A DNA stretch of 63,747 bases, counting the filler, from Octopus bimaculoides (taxonomy: Eukaryota): assembly GCF_001194135.2 (NCBI RefSeq). It is 5 parts of 5 records of this genome, joined end to end, with 100 filler letters (N's around TTAATTAATTAA, not from the genome) between each part and the next. Parts side by side here need not be neighbours in the genome. Positions count along the whole stretch, not along the records: positions 1 to 19,914 come from NC_068992.1; positions 20,015 to 48,925 come from NC_069003.1; 3 more parts are not named here. The stretch is one strand, 5' to 3'. The translations under genes and the position numbers were made by a program. Below the pieces are notes generated by a model, which made no database searches, had not been told where the DNA came from, and saw nothing but the letters and a program-made list of their open reading frames with translations. Of the stretch, positions 11,850 to 24,358 are shown piece after piece. Position 1 is the first letter of the stretch. Every line of letters starts with the position of its first letter.

Positions 11850-12400
11850 TGTGCTGTGCATGAGAAGACCTGCCAAGCCAAGTGCACCTGTGCTGGTGGC
11901 ATGTAAAGAACATCTTTTGAACATTGGGCCTCATGGAGGCAAATGGCTGAGTTCCTTTCAAGTGTTGGGCCTCACAGAGGCAAATTGGCTGTGTTTCCTT
12001 TTTAGTGCTGGGCCGCACGGAGGTGAAGTGGCTGAGTTTCTTTTGAGTGTTGGGCCTCATGGAGACAATGACCAAACCCTTTGGCATTATGTCGTGCTTG
12101 AGAGCAGGACCAATCGGGCTGAGCAGAATCGCGGTTGTGGAACATACCGGTGACATGCAAATTGGTACCCGTGCTGGTGGGTAGCACGCAAAAGCACACT
12201 GGTATCACGCAAATGGCACCCATACCAGTGGCATGTAAAAGTACCCATTACACTCTCGAAATAGTTGGCATTTGGAAGGGCATCCAGCCATAGAAAACCA
12301 TGCCAAATCAGACTGGAGTCTGGTGCAGCCTTCCAGTGTGCCAGCCCAGTCAAACCGTCCAACTCATGCCAGTATGGACAATGATGATGATGATGTTGAT
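11850..12400 (+). mobile_element. RTE LINE 3' end containing a 42-bp tandem array
   Basis: Homologous to 19273-19826; TGGGCC anchors at 11925, 11966, 12009 and 12051; (GAT)n tail. Confidence 0.8.
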
Positions 12401-12776
12401 ATATATATATATATATATATATATANNNNNNNNNNNNNNNNNNNNNNNNNNNNNNNNNNNNNNNNNNNNNNNNNNNNNNNNNNNNNNNNNNNNNNNNNNN
12501 NNNNNNNNNNNNNNNNNNNNNNNNNNNNNNNNNNNNNNNNNNNNNNNNNNNNNNNNNNNNNNNNNNNNNNNNNNNNNNNNNNNNNNNNNNNNNNNNNNNN
12601 NNNNNNNNNNNNNNNNNNNNNNNNNNNNNNNNNNNNNNNNNNNNNNNNNNNNNNNNNNNTCCAGCCATTAAAACTGTAGCAAAACAGACACAGAAGTGTC
12701 TGGCCAGTTCCTGTCAAACCATCCAACCCATGCCAGCATGGAAGGTGGACGTTAAACGATGAGGATGATGATGCTG

Positions 12777-12818
<42 letters not shown>

Positions 12819-12946
12819 CACACACGTGAATATATATGTATGTATGTATATGTATGTACACATGTGTGTGTATATATATATATAGGTTATAAGGGGTAAT
12901 GGTGTCAAGAAGACCCAAAGATGTCAGGTAACCATTTTCTTGCACT

Positions 12947-12994
12947 GTCTCTGATGAAGGGATATATAAAATATCCCAGAAACTGCTGTAAGAC
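12947..12994 (+). ncRNA. Type-I hammerhead ribozyme motif (HHR family 3), best-preserved fold in the window
   Basis: GUCU-CUGAUGA-A-GGGAUAU(AUAAA)AUAUCCC-A-GAAAC-UGCU-GUA^AGAC: helix I 4 bp, helix II 7 bp, helix III AC/GU. A partial second copy lies at 20015-20045. Confidence 0.72.
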
Positions 12995-13974
12995 CTTCTC
13001 TTTATAAATGTTCTGAAATCTTTCACAACCTTAGATTTTTTATCTCATTCAGTTAATTTTATACACACACACACACATATATATATAAACACACATAAAG
13101 ACAGATAGACAGATAGATAAATAGATAGATAGATAAAGTGAATTGACAGAGTTGTTTGAGATTTCGATAAAATACCCTATGACAATCCTACCAGCACTCT
13201 GAGTTCAAATCACAAAAAGGTCAATTCAGCCTTTCACCTTTTCAGGGTTCATAAATAAAGTACTATTGCTGGGAGCGATTCTTCTCTTGGCTGTGTTCCG
13301 ATATGGAGAGAGAAGGATTCTAAATGATTTTAAAATGTTGGAGGTGGACTGTGTCTTACACCAGCACCTGTGTAAGTTTTTTTAGGAGTTGATGACCCAA
13401 GGTAAAGCATACATATACACACTGACTTAGAAAAACCATCCAACCCATGCCAGCATGGAAAAACTCTGGTAATAATCTTGATGAGTTACAAAGAATTGAT
13501 TAAAACTCTCAACTGCTTTAGCCATATTAATTATAGTCTTGCTTTTTTAATAAAATACAGGAGTTAATTGAAATTTGAGATATATTTCTAATAATGCTAT
13601 TTAACATGCTCTGTAAATATTTGATCTTGTTATTATTACATGTGATTTCCCTAGTGGTGGCAGTTATAAAAAGTGAGATAACCATTTCTTCATATTACAA
13701 GACAAAATCAGAAATCTGAATTTGAAATTAAGGAAATGAGGAAAAAGATGTTCAGAATTTACATGTTTATTGTTTTGTTTATTTATTACAAAATTCTTAG
13801 TTTCTAGTTGGTGATAATCATGTATAGCACCCTTTCATTCCTTTTAAAAATCATCAGCATGATAAAACTTGTGACTTATTGATTAAACATTATTTTATGA
13901 AGTGAGACATTTTCATTAAAGATGAAAGTAATTACAGTTTTGTTTTTACTATTCTCTAATCCATTATCTTTTAT

Positions 13975-14262
13975 CTTTTACTTTTATTTGTTTTAGTCAT
14001 CGAACTATCAGTCACTTTTGAACAACCACAAGCTATGGGCATGTAAACAAACTAACACTGGCTGTCAAGTAGCAGTGGATGACAAACATAAAGACACACA
14101 CACAATAGGCTTCCTCACAGCTTCCATCAACTAAATTCACTCACTAGGCATTGGTAGGCTTGGGGGCTATAATAGAAGGCACTTGCCCAAGGTACCACAC
14201 AGTGGGATTGAACTTGAAACCAAGCGGTTGCAAGGCACGCATCTTCAGCACACAACCCATAT
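13975..14262 (-). mobile_element. Diverged SINE family A copy
   Basis: Homology to 14842-15219. Confidence 0.7.
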
Positions 14263-14841
14263 CCTCATGACATAGGTGAACTTACTTTTGACTATTCTTT
14301 CTTAATCTTTTTCATGATACTTATTCTTATATATTTCATATTTATTTTCTGGTTCATGTTCAATACTTTACAAATTTTCTATATAGTATATTTTTTATAA
14401 TCAAATTTTATAATGAAATCCAAAGGCTGTATATTTCTGCTGTCTAATGTATTGGTTTGTTAGATAATTTTTTTCTTTATTGATTTAAATATTTTTAGGA
14501 ATATTTCACGTGACTTAGCAATATCTTCTTTATATATAGAATTTTCCAATTTTGCATTTGTAATTAATCTTTTTTTTTCACAGAATTCGTAGGTCCCACT
14601 GTTTCAATTTTTTAAATATATATTTAGGAATTTTGGCAACTTTAACATTTCTGCAATTATAGACATACCAAAAACCAGGCAAATGTGCACTGATATCACG
14701 TGATAATAGCCCAAGAATGTTTATTCACCCATGATGTGTTGAGTACTATTTCTTTGGGTGTGTCACTAATATGTGCATATGTGTGCATATATACATACAA
14801 ACATGCACATGTATAACATATATATATATGTATGTATATAT

Positions 14842-15219
14842 TCTTTCATTCTTTTATTGGTTTCAGTTATTTGACTGCGGCCATGCTGGAGCACCGCCTT
14901 TAGTCGAACAAATCAACCCCAGGACTTATTCTTTGTAAGCCTAGTACTTATTCTATCAGTCTCTTTTATCAAACCGCTAAGTTATGGGGTCATAAACATA
15001 CCAACATTAGTTGACAAGCGATGGTGGGGTAAAAACACAAACACACAAACATATATATATAGGTTGGGCTTCTTTCAGTTTTTGTCTACTAAATCCACTC
15101 ACAAGGCTTTGGTTGACCTGAAGCTATAGGAGAAGACACTTTCCCAAGGTGCCACGCAGTGGGACTGAGCCTGGAATCATGTAGTTGGGAAGCAAGCTTC
15201 TTACCACACAGCCATGCCT
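14842..15219 (-). mobile_element. Full-length SINE family A
   Basis: tRNA-like head, (TA)/(CA) middle, and 3' tail GGCGGTGCTCCAGCATGGCCGCAGTC..CTGAAAC. Confidence 0.9.
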
Positions 15220-15384
15220 TATATATATATATATATAATATATCATCAACATTTTGCATGTTTTCCATGCTGGCGTGGATAAGTCTGTTTGACATAGGCT
15301 GGTATGCTGGAGAGCTGCACCAGTCTCCAGTCTATCTCTCTATTTATCTCTCTCCCTATCTTATCTATCTATCTATATATATAT

Positions 15385-15790
15385 AACCATCATCACTATC
15401 ATTTAATATCCATAGGTTGGACGGTTTGACAGGAGCTGGTAAGCCAAAGGACTGTACCAAGCTCCATTGTCAACTTTGGCATGGTTTTTGTTGACCACTT
15501 TACAGAGTGAACTGGGTGCTTTTTACATGGCACCAGTGAGGTGCCATATATATATATATATATATATATATNNNNNNNNNNNNNNNNNNNNNNNNNNNNN
15601 NNNNNNNNNNNNNNNNNNNNNNNNNNNNNNNNNNNNNNNNNNNNNNNNNNNNNNNNNNNNNNATACAGGGTGTCCACAAAGTCTGGGTACATGAGGATTA
15701 ACACATACTTTAAGAAATTATTATTTCTTATATTTAATTGTTTATATGATTTTATTTACTCCATGTACCCAGACCTTGTGGACACCCTGT

Positions 15791-15845
<55 letters not shown>

Positions 15846-16060
15846 TGTCATTATAATTTAACATCTATGTTCCATGCTGGCATAGGTTGGTCAGTTTGAT
15901 AGGATGTGATGAATTGTAGGACTGCATTATGCTTCAATGTCTGTTTTGGCATGGTTTCAATGGCTGGATGCCCTTCCTGAAACCTAACCCCTTTACAGAG
16001 TGTACTGGGTGTTTTTATCATGTCACTTGCACCAGTGAGGTCACCATGCAGTTTGATAGA
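15385..16060 (-). mobile_element. Two RTE-tail fragments (15385-15545, 15850-16060) around a gap
   Basis: Reverse complement of the GGAAGGGCATCCAG...CCAACCCATGC tail. Confidence 0.75.
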
Positions 16061-16339
16061 CTTCAAACCCCAAGACAGGCAGCTTTATGCTAGGAGATGA
16101 GGGGCTTAAAGTATGAGAGAAGGGACCAAGGCAGAAGTAGTTTATTGCTACAGAGGAATTACATGGCAACCCATATTTTAGAAAAGAAGGTAGGGGTGAC
16201 TGGGATGGAGCTAGAAAGTGGTAAAAATAGTGGTGATGGGGTGTTAGGGTGGACCTTCAAGGTATGAGTTGAGCAGAGGAGAGTGGGAGTAGAGAAGCCA
16301 GGAGAGTGGATGAGTGGAGGCTGCAAGAATGTATGAGAA

Positions 16340-16738
16340 AGCGGGAATGAGTGAGGAGAAAGGAGTGGCCGAATTTGTTTTGAATGTTGGGCCTCACAGA
16401 AGCAAAATGGCCAAGTTCCTTTTAAGTGTTGGGCCTCACAGAGGCAATGACTGAGACCTTTGGTATTATGTTGTGATTGAGAAGAAGACCTATCAAGCTG
16501 AGCAAAATTGTAGTCATGGCAGATACCAGTGTCATACAAAGGGCACACATGCCAGTGGCACGTAAAAGCACCCATCACACTCTCAGAGTGGTTGGTGTTA
16601 GGAAGAGCATCCAGTCATAGAAAACCATGCCAAATCACACTGGAGTCTGGAGCAGCCGTCCATTTTACTGGCTCTGGTCAAACTGTCCAACTCCTGCCAG
16701 CATAGACAATTGATATTAAATGATGATGATGATGATGA
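16340..16738 (+). mobile_element. RTE LINE 3' end
   Basis: Homologous to 19273-19826; two 42-bp units (16388, 16430); (GAT)n tail. Confidence 0.8.
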
Positions 16739-17201
16739 CACAACAGGTTTCTTTCATTTTCTGTCTACCAAATCCACTCACATGGCCAGGTTGGCCTGAG
16801 GCTATGTAAGAATTAATTTATCAGGTGCACATCTGTACAGTGACGGTTCACTGGACAGCAATATGTAAGGGTTAGAAGAAGGCAAAAATCAGAAATTTTT
16901 ATCGTGAAAGGAATGCATCAGAGGTTAGAATATGATTTTACAAAGTTAAAAAAAAAAAATCTCAACAAATAAATATAGAATAAGAAAAAAAAAGAATTGA
17001 GTAAAATAAAATTGAAGCAGTGGAGATTGTTTAAGATTATTTGTAAATGGTACAAAAATTTATAAGAATCCTTCATCAAGGTTTGTTTCATGAGTCATCT
17101 GCTCAAGATACTATAACTGTATGCAATAAATCTGACACATACGCATGCACACACACACTTACACAGGAGTACATTATATATATATTATGTATTTGTGTGT
17201 A

Positions 17202-17236
<35 letters not shown>

Positions 17237-17238
<2 letters not shown>

Positions 17239-17393
17239 TTGGCGTTAGGAAGGGCATCCAGCTGTAGAAACTCTGCCAAATTTAGATTGGAGCCTGGTGT
17301 TGCCATCCGGTTTCACCAGTCCTCAGTCAAATCGTCCAACCCATGCTAGCATGGAAAGCGGACGTTAAACGATGATGATGATGATGATGATGA
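17237..17393 (+). mobile_element. 5'-truncated RTE tail
   Basis: Near-identical to 49457-49606. Confidence 0.85.
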
Positions 17394-18444
17394 TATATAT
17401 ATATATTTTTGTGTATATATGGAAAATGGATGTTAAATGATGCCTAATGATATATATATATATGTATATATACATATATATATATANNNNNNNNNNNNNN
17501 NNNNNNNNNNNNNNNNNNNNNNNNNNNNNNNNNNNNNNNNNNNNNNNNNNNNNNNNNNNNNNNNNNNNNNNNNNNNNNNNNNNNNNNNNNNNNNNNNNNN
17601 NNNNNNNNNNNNNNNNNNNNNNNNNNNNNNNNNNNNNNNNNNNNNNNNNNNNNNNNNNNNNNNNNNNNNNNNNNNNNNNNNNNNNNNNNNNNNNNNNNNN
17701 NNNNNNNNNNNNNNNNNNNNNNNNNNNNNNNNNNNNNNNNNNNNNNNNNNNNNNNNNNNNNNNNNNNNNNNNNNNNNNNNNNNNNNNNNNNNNNNNNNNN
17801 NNNNNNNNNNNNNNNNNNNNNNNNNNNNNNNNNNNNNNNNNNNNNNNNNNNNNNNNNNNNNNNNNNNNNNNNNNNNNNNNNNNNNNNNNNNNNNNNNNNN
17901 NNNNNNNNNNNNNNNNNNNNNNNNNNNNNNNNNNNNNNNNNNNNNNNNNNNNNNNNNNNNNNNNATATATATTTCAGAATAAAAAGTAGAAAGTATTTGG
18001 TACAATACTATATACTTGAAAAACTGAATAGAAATGGCTTTTCTGAATACTTTTCCACTTTAATAATTAGATGTTTATAAGTTATTAGGTGTTTACACTT
18101 AATAACTTATAAGGTATATATAAAACATACACAAGCATATAACTATATGTGTAGAAGCTCATTGTATGTACACATGTGAGTGTGCAAGTGAAAATGTATT
18201 TTTTCATCTTGAGTTGTGCATGCTGACTGTAAACCAGGAATCACTGTTCAAATAAACAGTGTCATTTGTTGCCAATTATCTTGTTTGTTAAATTAGGTGG
18301 AAATAAAAGCTTGCTTGGAAACAGGTGATGATTTGTGACAGGAAAGAAAATGAGGCACAGAAATATCTGCTTCAATAATGCTATATGCAAATATGGACAA
18401 CTGGACACTGAAACAATGAGGATAATGATGGTGTATTATATATT

Positions 18445-18508
<64 letters not shown>

Positions 18509-19272
18509 NNNNNNNNNNNNNNNNNNNNNNNNNNNNNNNNNNNNNNNNNNNNNNNNNNNNNNNNNNNNNNNNNNNNNNNNNNNNNNNNNNNNNNNNNNNN
18601 NNNNNNNNNNNNNNNNNNNNNNNNNNNNNNNNNNNNNNNNNNNNNNNNNNNNNNNNNNNNNNNNNNNNNNNNNNNNNNNNNNNNNNNNNNNNNNNNNNNN
18701 NNNNNNNNNNNNNNNNNNNNNNNNNNNNNNNNNNNNNNNNNNNNNNNNNNNNNNNNNNNNNNNNNNNNNNNNNNNNNNNNNNNNNNNNNNNNNNNNNNNN
18801 NNNNNNNNNNNNNNNNNNNNNNNNNNNNNNNNNNNNNNNNNNNNNNNNNNNNNNNNNNNNNNNNNNNNNNNNNNNNNNNNNNNNNNNNNNNNNNNNNNNN
18901 NNNNNNNNNNNNNNNNNNNNNNNNNNNNNNNNNNNNNNNNNNNNNNNNNNNNNNNNNNNNNNNNNNNNNNNNNNNNNNNNNNNNNNNNNNNNNNNNNNNN
19001 NNNNNNNNNNNNNNNNNNNNNNNNNNNNNNNNNNNNNNNNNNNNNNNNNNNNNNNNNNNNNNNNNNNNNNNNNNNNNNNNNNNNNNNNNNNNNNNNNNNN
19101 NNNNNNNNNNNNNNNNNNNNNNNNNNNNNNNNNNNNNNNNNNNNNNNNNNNNNNNNNNNNNNNNNNNNNNNNNNNNNNNNNNNNNNNNNNNNNNNNNNNN
19201 NNNNNNNNNNNNNNNNNNNNNNNNNNNNNNNNNNNNNNNNNNNNNNTATATATATATATATATATATATATA

Positions 19273-19825
19273 TTGGGCAAAGGCAGCTGTGTCCAGAAGT
19301 GCCGATTTATAAGTGTGGAGGGAACCTGTGGAAGAGGTAGACCCAGGAAGATATGGGATGAGGTGGTGAAGCACGATCTTCGAATGCTGGGCCTCATGGA
19401 GGCAATGACATGTGACTGAGACCTTTGGCAATATGCTGTGCTTGAGAAGACCTGACAAGTCAAGTGAAATCATAGTCATGGCCGATGCTGGTAGCATGTA
19501 AAAGGCACCCTTCGAACATTGGGCCGCATGGAGATGATGACAAGTGACTGAGACCACTGGCAGTATGCTTGAGAAGACCTGTAAACCAAGTGAGATCATA
19601 GACGTTGCCGCTGCTGGTGTCACATAATTGGCACTCATGCTAGTGGCACATAAAAAGTATTGATTACACTCTTGGAGTGGTTGGTGTTAGGAAGGGCATC
19701 CAGAGTGGAAACCATGCCAAAGCAGACTGGAACTTGATGCAGCTCTCCAGCTGACCAGTTACAGTCAAACCATCTAACCCATACCGGCATGGAAAGCAGA
19801 CACTAAATGATGATGATGATGGCGA

Positions 19826-19826
<1 letters not shown>
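19273..19826 (+). mobile_element. RTE LINE ORF end and 3' UTR, with duplicated terminal unit
   Basis: VEGTCGRGRPRKIWDEVVKHDLRMLGLMEAM...; the last ~30 codons are repeated at ~19510-19600; (GAT)n tail. Confidence 0.85.
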
Positions 19827-19864
<38 letters not shown>

Positions 19865-19958
19865 TAAATATGCATTTATATATATATGTATATACATATA
19901 TATATATATATATANNNNNNNNNNNNNNNNNNNNNNNNNNNNNNNNNNNNNNNNNNNN

Positions 19959-19970
19959 TTAATTAATTAA
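19959..19970. other. Assembly spacer TTAATTAATTAA inside N runs (also 48970-48981, 56575-56586, 62516-62527)
   Basis: Identical 12-mer giving stops in all six frames, always flanked by N tracts. Confidence 0.9.
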
Positions 19971-20107
19971 NNNNNNNNNNNNNNNNNNNNNNNNNNNNNN
20001 NNNNNNNNNNNNNNCCAGGATATCCCAGAAATAACTGTAAGACTATTTCATTATAAATGTCCTGAAAACTTCTCACAGTCTTGGATTTGTTATCTCATTC
20101 GGTCTAA

Positions 20108-20173
<66 letters not shown>

Positions 20174-20184
20174 TATAATATATC

Positions 20185-20365
20185 TTTGTGTTTGCCTCAC
20201 CGTCACTTGACAACCGGTAGTGGTTTGTTCACAACTTGGAAACTCGTCAGACGGGATTAATGAACTTAAGAGCTAGGGTCGGTTTCATCGACTAAACCGT
20301 TCCAGGCGGTGCCCCAGCATGGTCACGGTCTAATAATTTGCTGAAACAAATAAAATGTAAAAAGT
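20185..20365 (+). mobile_element. SINE family A 3' half
   Basis: GGCGGTGCCCCAGCATGG..CTGAAACAAATAAAA tail. Confidence 0.75.
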
Positions 20366-20989
20366 AAGAAACCAAATAGAAGTTGTAGCATTTATTTTAC
20401 GCCCAGATGCACTACAGCGTGAAGTGAATTAGCATCAATACAGAATCGAAACTGCGACACAGGTCTCGGCTCACGGGGACCTTGTTACACGGTCGATATA
20501 GATATTATCAAAGGCTTGTCATAAACGAAAGCCCAGCTCAACCATTTCATTTGGTGTTATCTGAATATTTAATGAACCAATCAATAAATCAATAAGAGGA
20601 TCAATCAATGAGAGTAATATCTTGCTGAATAATTTATGAAGTGAATATATACTGACATTTTGTTTTACCTTCCAGTACCACATTCCACCATATTTCTGCT
20701 AAATTACGAACAGATGGTTCGAATTAAGAAGACTTATCATATCGTTATTACTCGACCATCTGAGTGACGACACATCAAAATATCCTTCCGTTTATCTGTA
20801 TAATAGATCTGAATTTAAATAAAGCCGGAAAAGTTTAATTCAGTTCAAAGGTAACTTTTATGGTGAGAAACTACATTGAAGTTGTCTGTCATCTGACAAG
20901 GAAACATTGACGTTATCTGCAATATGATAACGTCGTTTCGAAATGTCTTGCCATTGGACAAGGTCACTTTGAAGTTATCTATCATTGGA

Positions 20990-21125
20990 TTGACATTCTG
21001 TCGGTTACGACTACGAGTGTTCCAGTCGATCCGATCAACGGAACAGCTTGTTCGTGAGATTAACGTGCAAGTGGCTGAGTATTCCACACATACGCGTTCG
21101 CTTAACGTAGTTCTCAGGGGGATTA
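20990..21125 (-). mobile_element. SINE family B 3' portion
   Basis: Homologous to 4550-4680. Confidence 0.8.
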
Positions 21126-21199
21126 TATTGGAAGCCACAACCATCGTGTGCCATTGCTTTTATGAAGTTTTTCATGAGACCAAGTTAAGAGGTGAAGGG

Positions 21200-21937
21200 G
21201 TGGAAGGAAGATCTTTAAATGGGCTACCAGTGACATATGCTGCATATAGTCATGCAAAAGTACCAATTAGAAACATGATTGGTTGGCTCACGCCATACCA
21301 TTGGTACAGCAAAAGGTATTCCCTTCCGTTTTCCATTCAGCCACTGTATAAGCCATGAGTACAACACGGTGCAGCATATATGAGGTGCCCACCCCTTGTC
21401 TTGTTCCCCAACTTTACACCCGAAATAATATTTATAGGCAATTTTTAATTTGGTGGCAATGTTCCTCCGCTGGTCACGCGGAGCAAATTTTCCACAGACA
21501 TAACAAAAGTTGTCTGGGTGATTCACACAGCCCCTCTCCTATTTATGATCTAACATACTGAACACAATTAAATCAGTAATCATACCACACATGACGGCAG
21601 CTCAAACGACACTGAGAGTTACCAAGAGCAAACTGACGTATACGTCATTGCACACAATATGTCAGCGCCATCTTTTGCTAAACTAAACAATGAACTCCCT
21701 TATCGGTTGTTTTATTGCTGTTATTACTTTAATTTTGAATTAAGATCGCTTTCATTTTAGCAAATTATATAATATGGCATATATCTAGCCAAAAGTATAG
21801 TTATAACCTGCTGTATGCGCATAACTCAAAATCCTGATGCACTAGAACAATTCTGAGTACGGATTCGGAACCAGCATCCTCGATTTAGTCTAAAATATCT
21901 GCTTTTACCCAAGTAGCAAAATCTTTGTTGTCCAGTG
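21200..21937 (-). mobile_element. Chapaev3-like (CMC) DNA transposon 5' fragment with transposase N-terminus
   Basis: HPDNFCYVCG..AYKYYFG.KVGEQDKGWAPH.C..PMVWREPTNH..YFC motif string; candidate terminus CACTGGACAACAAA at 21937. Confidence 0.75.
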
Positions 21938-21978
21938 ATGATGGTGGTGGAATTGTTGGTGGTGATGACGACGATGAT

Positions 21979-22010
<32 letters not shown>

Positions 22011-22625
22011 TGGTGGTGATGATGGTGGTGGTGGTGGTGGTGGCGGTGGAAGTAGTAGTGAGGATAATGATGACGACAATGTTGATGTCCACAATGCGGA
22101 TGATAAAATGAAACTAATGATGACGATGACAGAGACAAAAGAAGATGATAGTTTTGATGATGATAGTGATAAAAATAAAGATGATGATAATGACGATGGT
22201 GGTGGTGGTGGTGGTGGTGGTAGGTAAGCTTTTCGGAGAAAATACATTTTTTTTTTAATCTTCAAAAGCATACAAGGGCTTCAAGGTTTGAACATTTGGC
22301 GAGACACAATTACTTTAATATGACCGGCGCAAAAATATACAGTGAAAAACCACAGATAATGGACATTAAAATGGTTTCCTTTGATTTGTCTCCAGACATT
22401 GCAATGGCTTCTGCGCCTCTAAAGTTGCTGACTGCGTATCAACTCCAATTTCTTCTTCGGGATACTTTCATTATTTAGCACACTTTAGTCGGTGGAGGTT
22501 CATAAAACATTGCATCACGGGAAGTGGCACCGATTCGCATGAACCGGTGGTTAAAATAATTTTTCAAAACGGGAACTTTCCCAATGTCAAAAACCTTCAT
22601 TTCTTCACCTTAACCAGAGCTCATA

Positions 22626-22985
22626 ATTTTTTTTTATAGTTTCAGCTTAGAGCGGCCATGCTGATGCACCGCCGTTTTGCTACACTGTTATTACGGGGAG
22701 CCTCCTACAATATGCGGCACTTGGTGAAGAATGGAGTTTGATTTAGCTACCCTCATTTGCAGCTTTTGCCGTGAGGTAGGTTCATCTGGGACTCTCGACA
22801 AGAAGAGGTCCAGCTTTGATTTAAAAACCCCTACATCTACTTTGTGCAGGTTCCTCAGGCTCTTTGGGAGAATATTAAAAAGCTGTGGGCCTCTGAAACC
22901 CAAAACTGTTGCAGTAACTGGTCCTGAAGCGCGATGGCATTTCTGGGATCTTTGGAATTATACACCATATCTTTCTCATATTTTT
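22626..22985 (-). mobile_element. CR1/L2-clade LINE 3' end (ORF C-terminus, 3' UTR, A-tail)
   Basis: SFGFRGPQLFNILPKSLRN...FKSKLDLFLSRVPDEP; UTR GGCGGTGCATCAGCATGGCCGC..CTGAAACTATAAAAAAAAA. Confidence 0.8.
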
Positions 22986-23162
22986 TCATAGTTGTTCACA
23001 AGGTAAATACTATATATTTATTAGGGTAGATGCAACTGCTAATATATGATTTATAAAAACATGTGACATATTAATAAAAATCTGTAAATGTACAACCATC
23101 CAAATCTCTGAGTACCTCAATATTTTTGCTAATATATAATACCTGTACATCACCTCCAAACC

Positions 23163-23198
<36 letters not shown>

Positions 23199-23410
23199 NN
23201 NNNNNNNNATACCTACATCTACATGTATATATAGATGCATATCTGGGTACAGGACGTTGCAAAAAACGTGGACAAAATGATAAACAGAATACAGAAAACA
23301 CACAGGCCACATAGAGAACATTTCCTTCATCAGCTGCCACCATTCTAACACAGGCGTTTCGAAGAGTTATATATAATTAGGTATATATATATATACAAAT
23401 ATATCCCCAA

Positions 23411-23525
23411 TGTAGTAAAGATTGTTCGCCAACATAACATGGCAGTCCTGGTTTAGGACGAATGTTGCTGTAATTCGTCCTAAACCAGGACTGCCATGTT
23501 ATGTTGGCAAACAATCTTTGCTACA
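23411..23525. repeat. Fold-back: 53-bp arms, 9-nt loop, 2 mismatches
   Basis: 23411-23463 is the reverse complement of 23473-23525. Confidence 0.92.
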
Positions 23526-23744
23526 AAGTACTGTTGCTGAATATCTCACGCTGTGAGATTTAAAAATAGTAATTTTCCAATATATCCCCAATGGTTGTTA
23601 TATATTTTTGATAACCTATTATGTAATATGTTTTTGATAACATAATAGGTTAGATAGGCTGATGTCTATATTACAATAACCAGTATGTTGTGCATGTATA
23701 GTAATATTACGATCATAAAATTAACATTAGCTTATCTCTCTCTT

Positions 23745-23813
23745 TCTCGCGGAACCCCTAGGAACCTTTTGCGGAACCCTAGGGTGCCGGGGAATCCAGG
23801 TTGAGAAATGCTG
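23745..23813. mobile_element. hAT (Charlie-like) element end
   Basis: GGAACCCT repeats and terminus GGTTGAGAAATGCTG. Confidence 0.55.
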
Positions 23814-24319
23814 TATAGCTTATCCCACTTTTTGAGCAGTACAAGTGATTGAGAGTATACGATTCCTCTTTGCACGGAACGACTGTCAGCTGCAAGTATA
23901 AACTCTACTTCCATAAAATGCATCTGTATGGACGGATACATATACCTTTATTTACATACGCGTGGGAGTATGTATGTGTGAGTGTGTATGTACGTGTATG
24001 TGTACCTATGAATTTTTATTTATAGCTGTTGTTTAGTCCCAGATCATTTTATATGTTCACATTCAAAGACAAACGGTATGATTCCGTGTATGATTCCCCA
24101 AGCCATCTGTCGCTTTTCTCTACTTCTAACTATAGTGTTTCCTCTCTCCCTCTGCTCAGTACTTAAATCTGTTGTTCACTGTATTGTACCTGTCTTACTG
24201 CCACCATTCACTCCCCTTGCAGTATTTTAATCTGTAATATTGATTTCAAATCTTGGCTCAATGCCAGCAAATTCGACGGAGAGGTCCAAGTCAATTACAT
24301 CGGCGAACACACGTTTTGC

Positions 24320-24358
<39 letters not shown>

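Noticed and set aside
11920-12070. CRISPR-like repeat array
   Set aside because: Units are wholly homologous (no unique spacers), derive from an RTE LINE, and there are no cas genes.
23318-23365. GAAAC...CTGATGA (minus strand) as a type-II hammerhead
   Set aside because: No UH triplet (GAAACGCC), and helices I and II cannot be paired convincingly.
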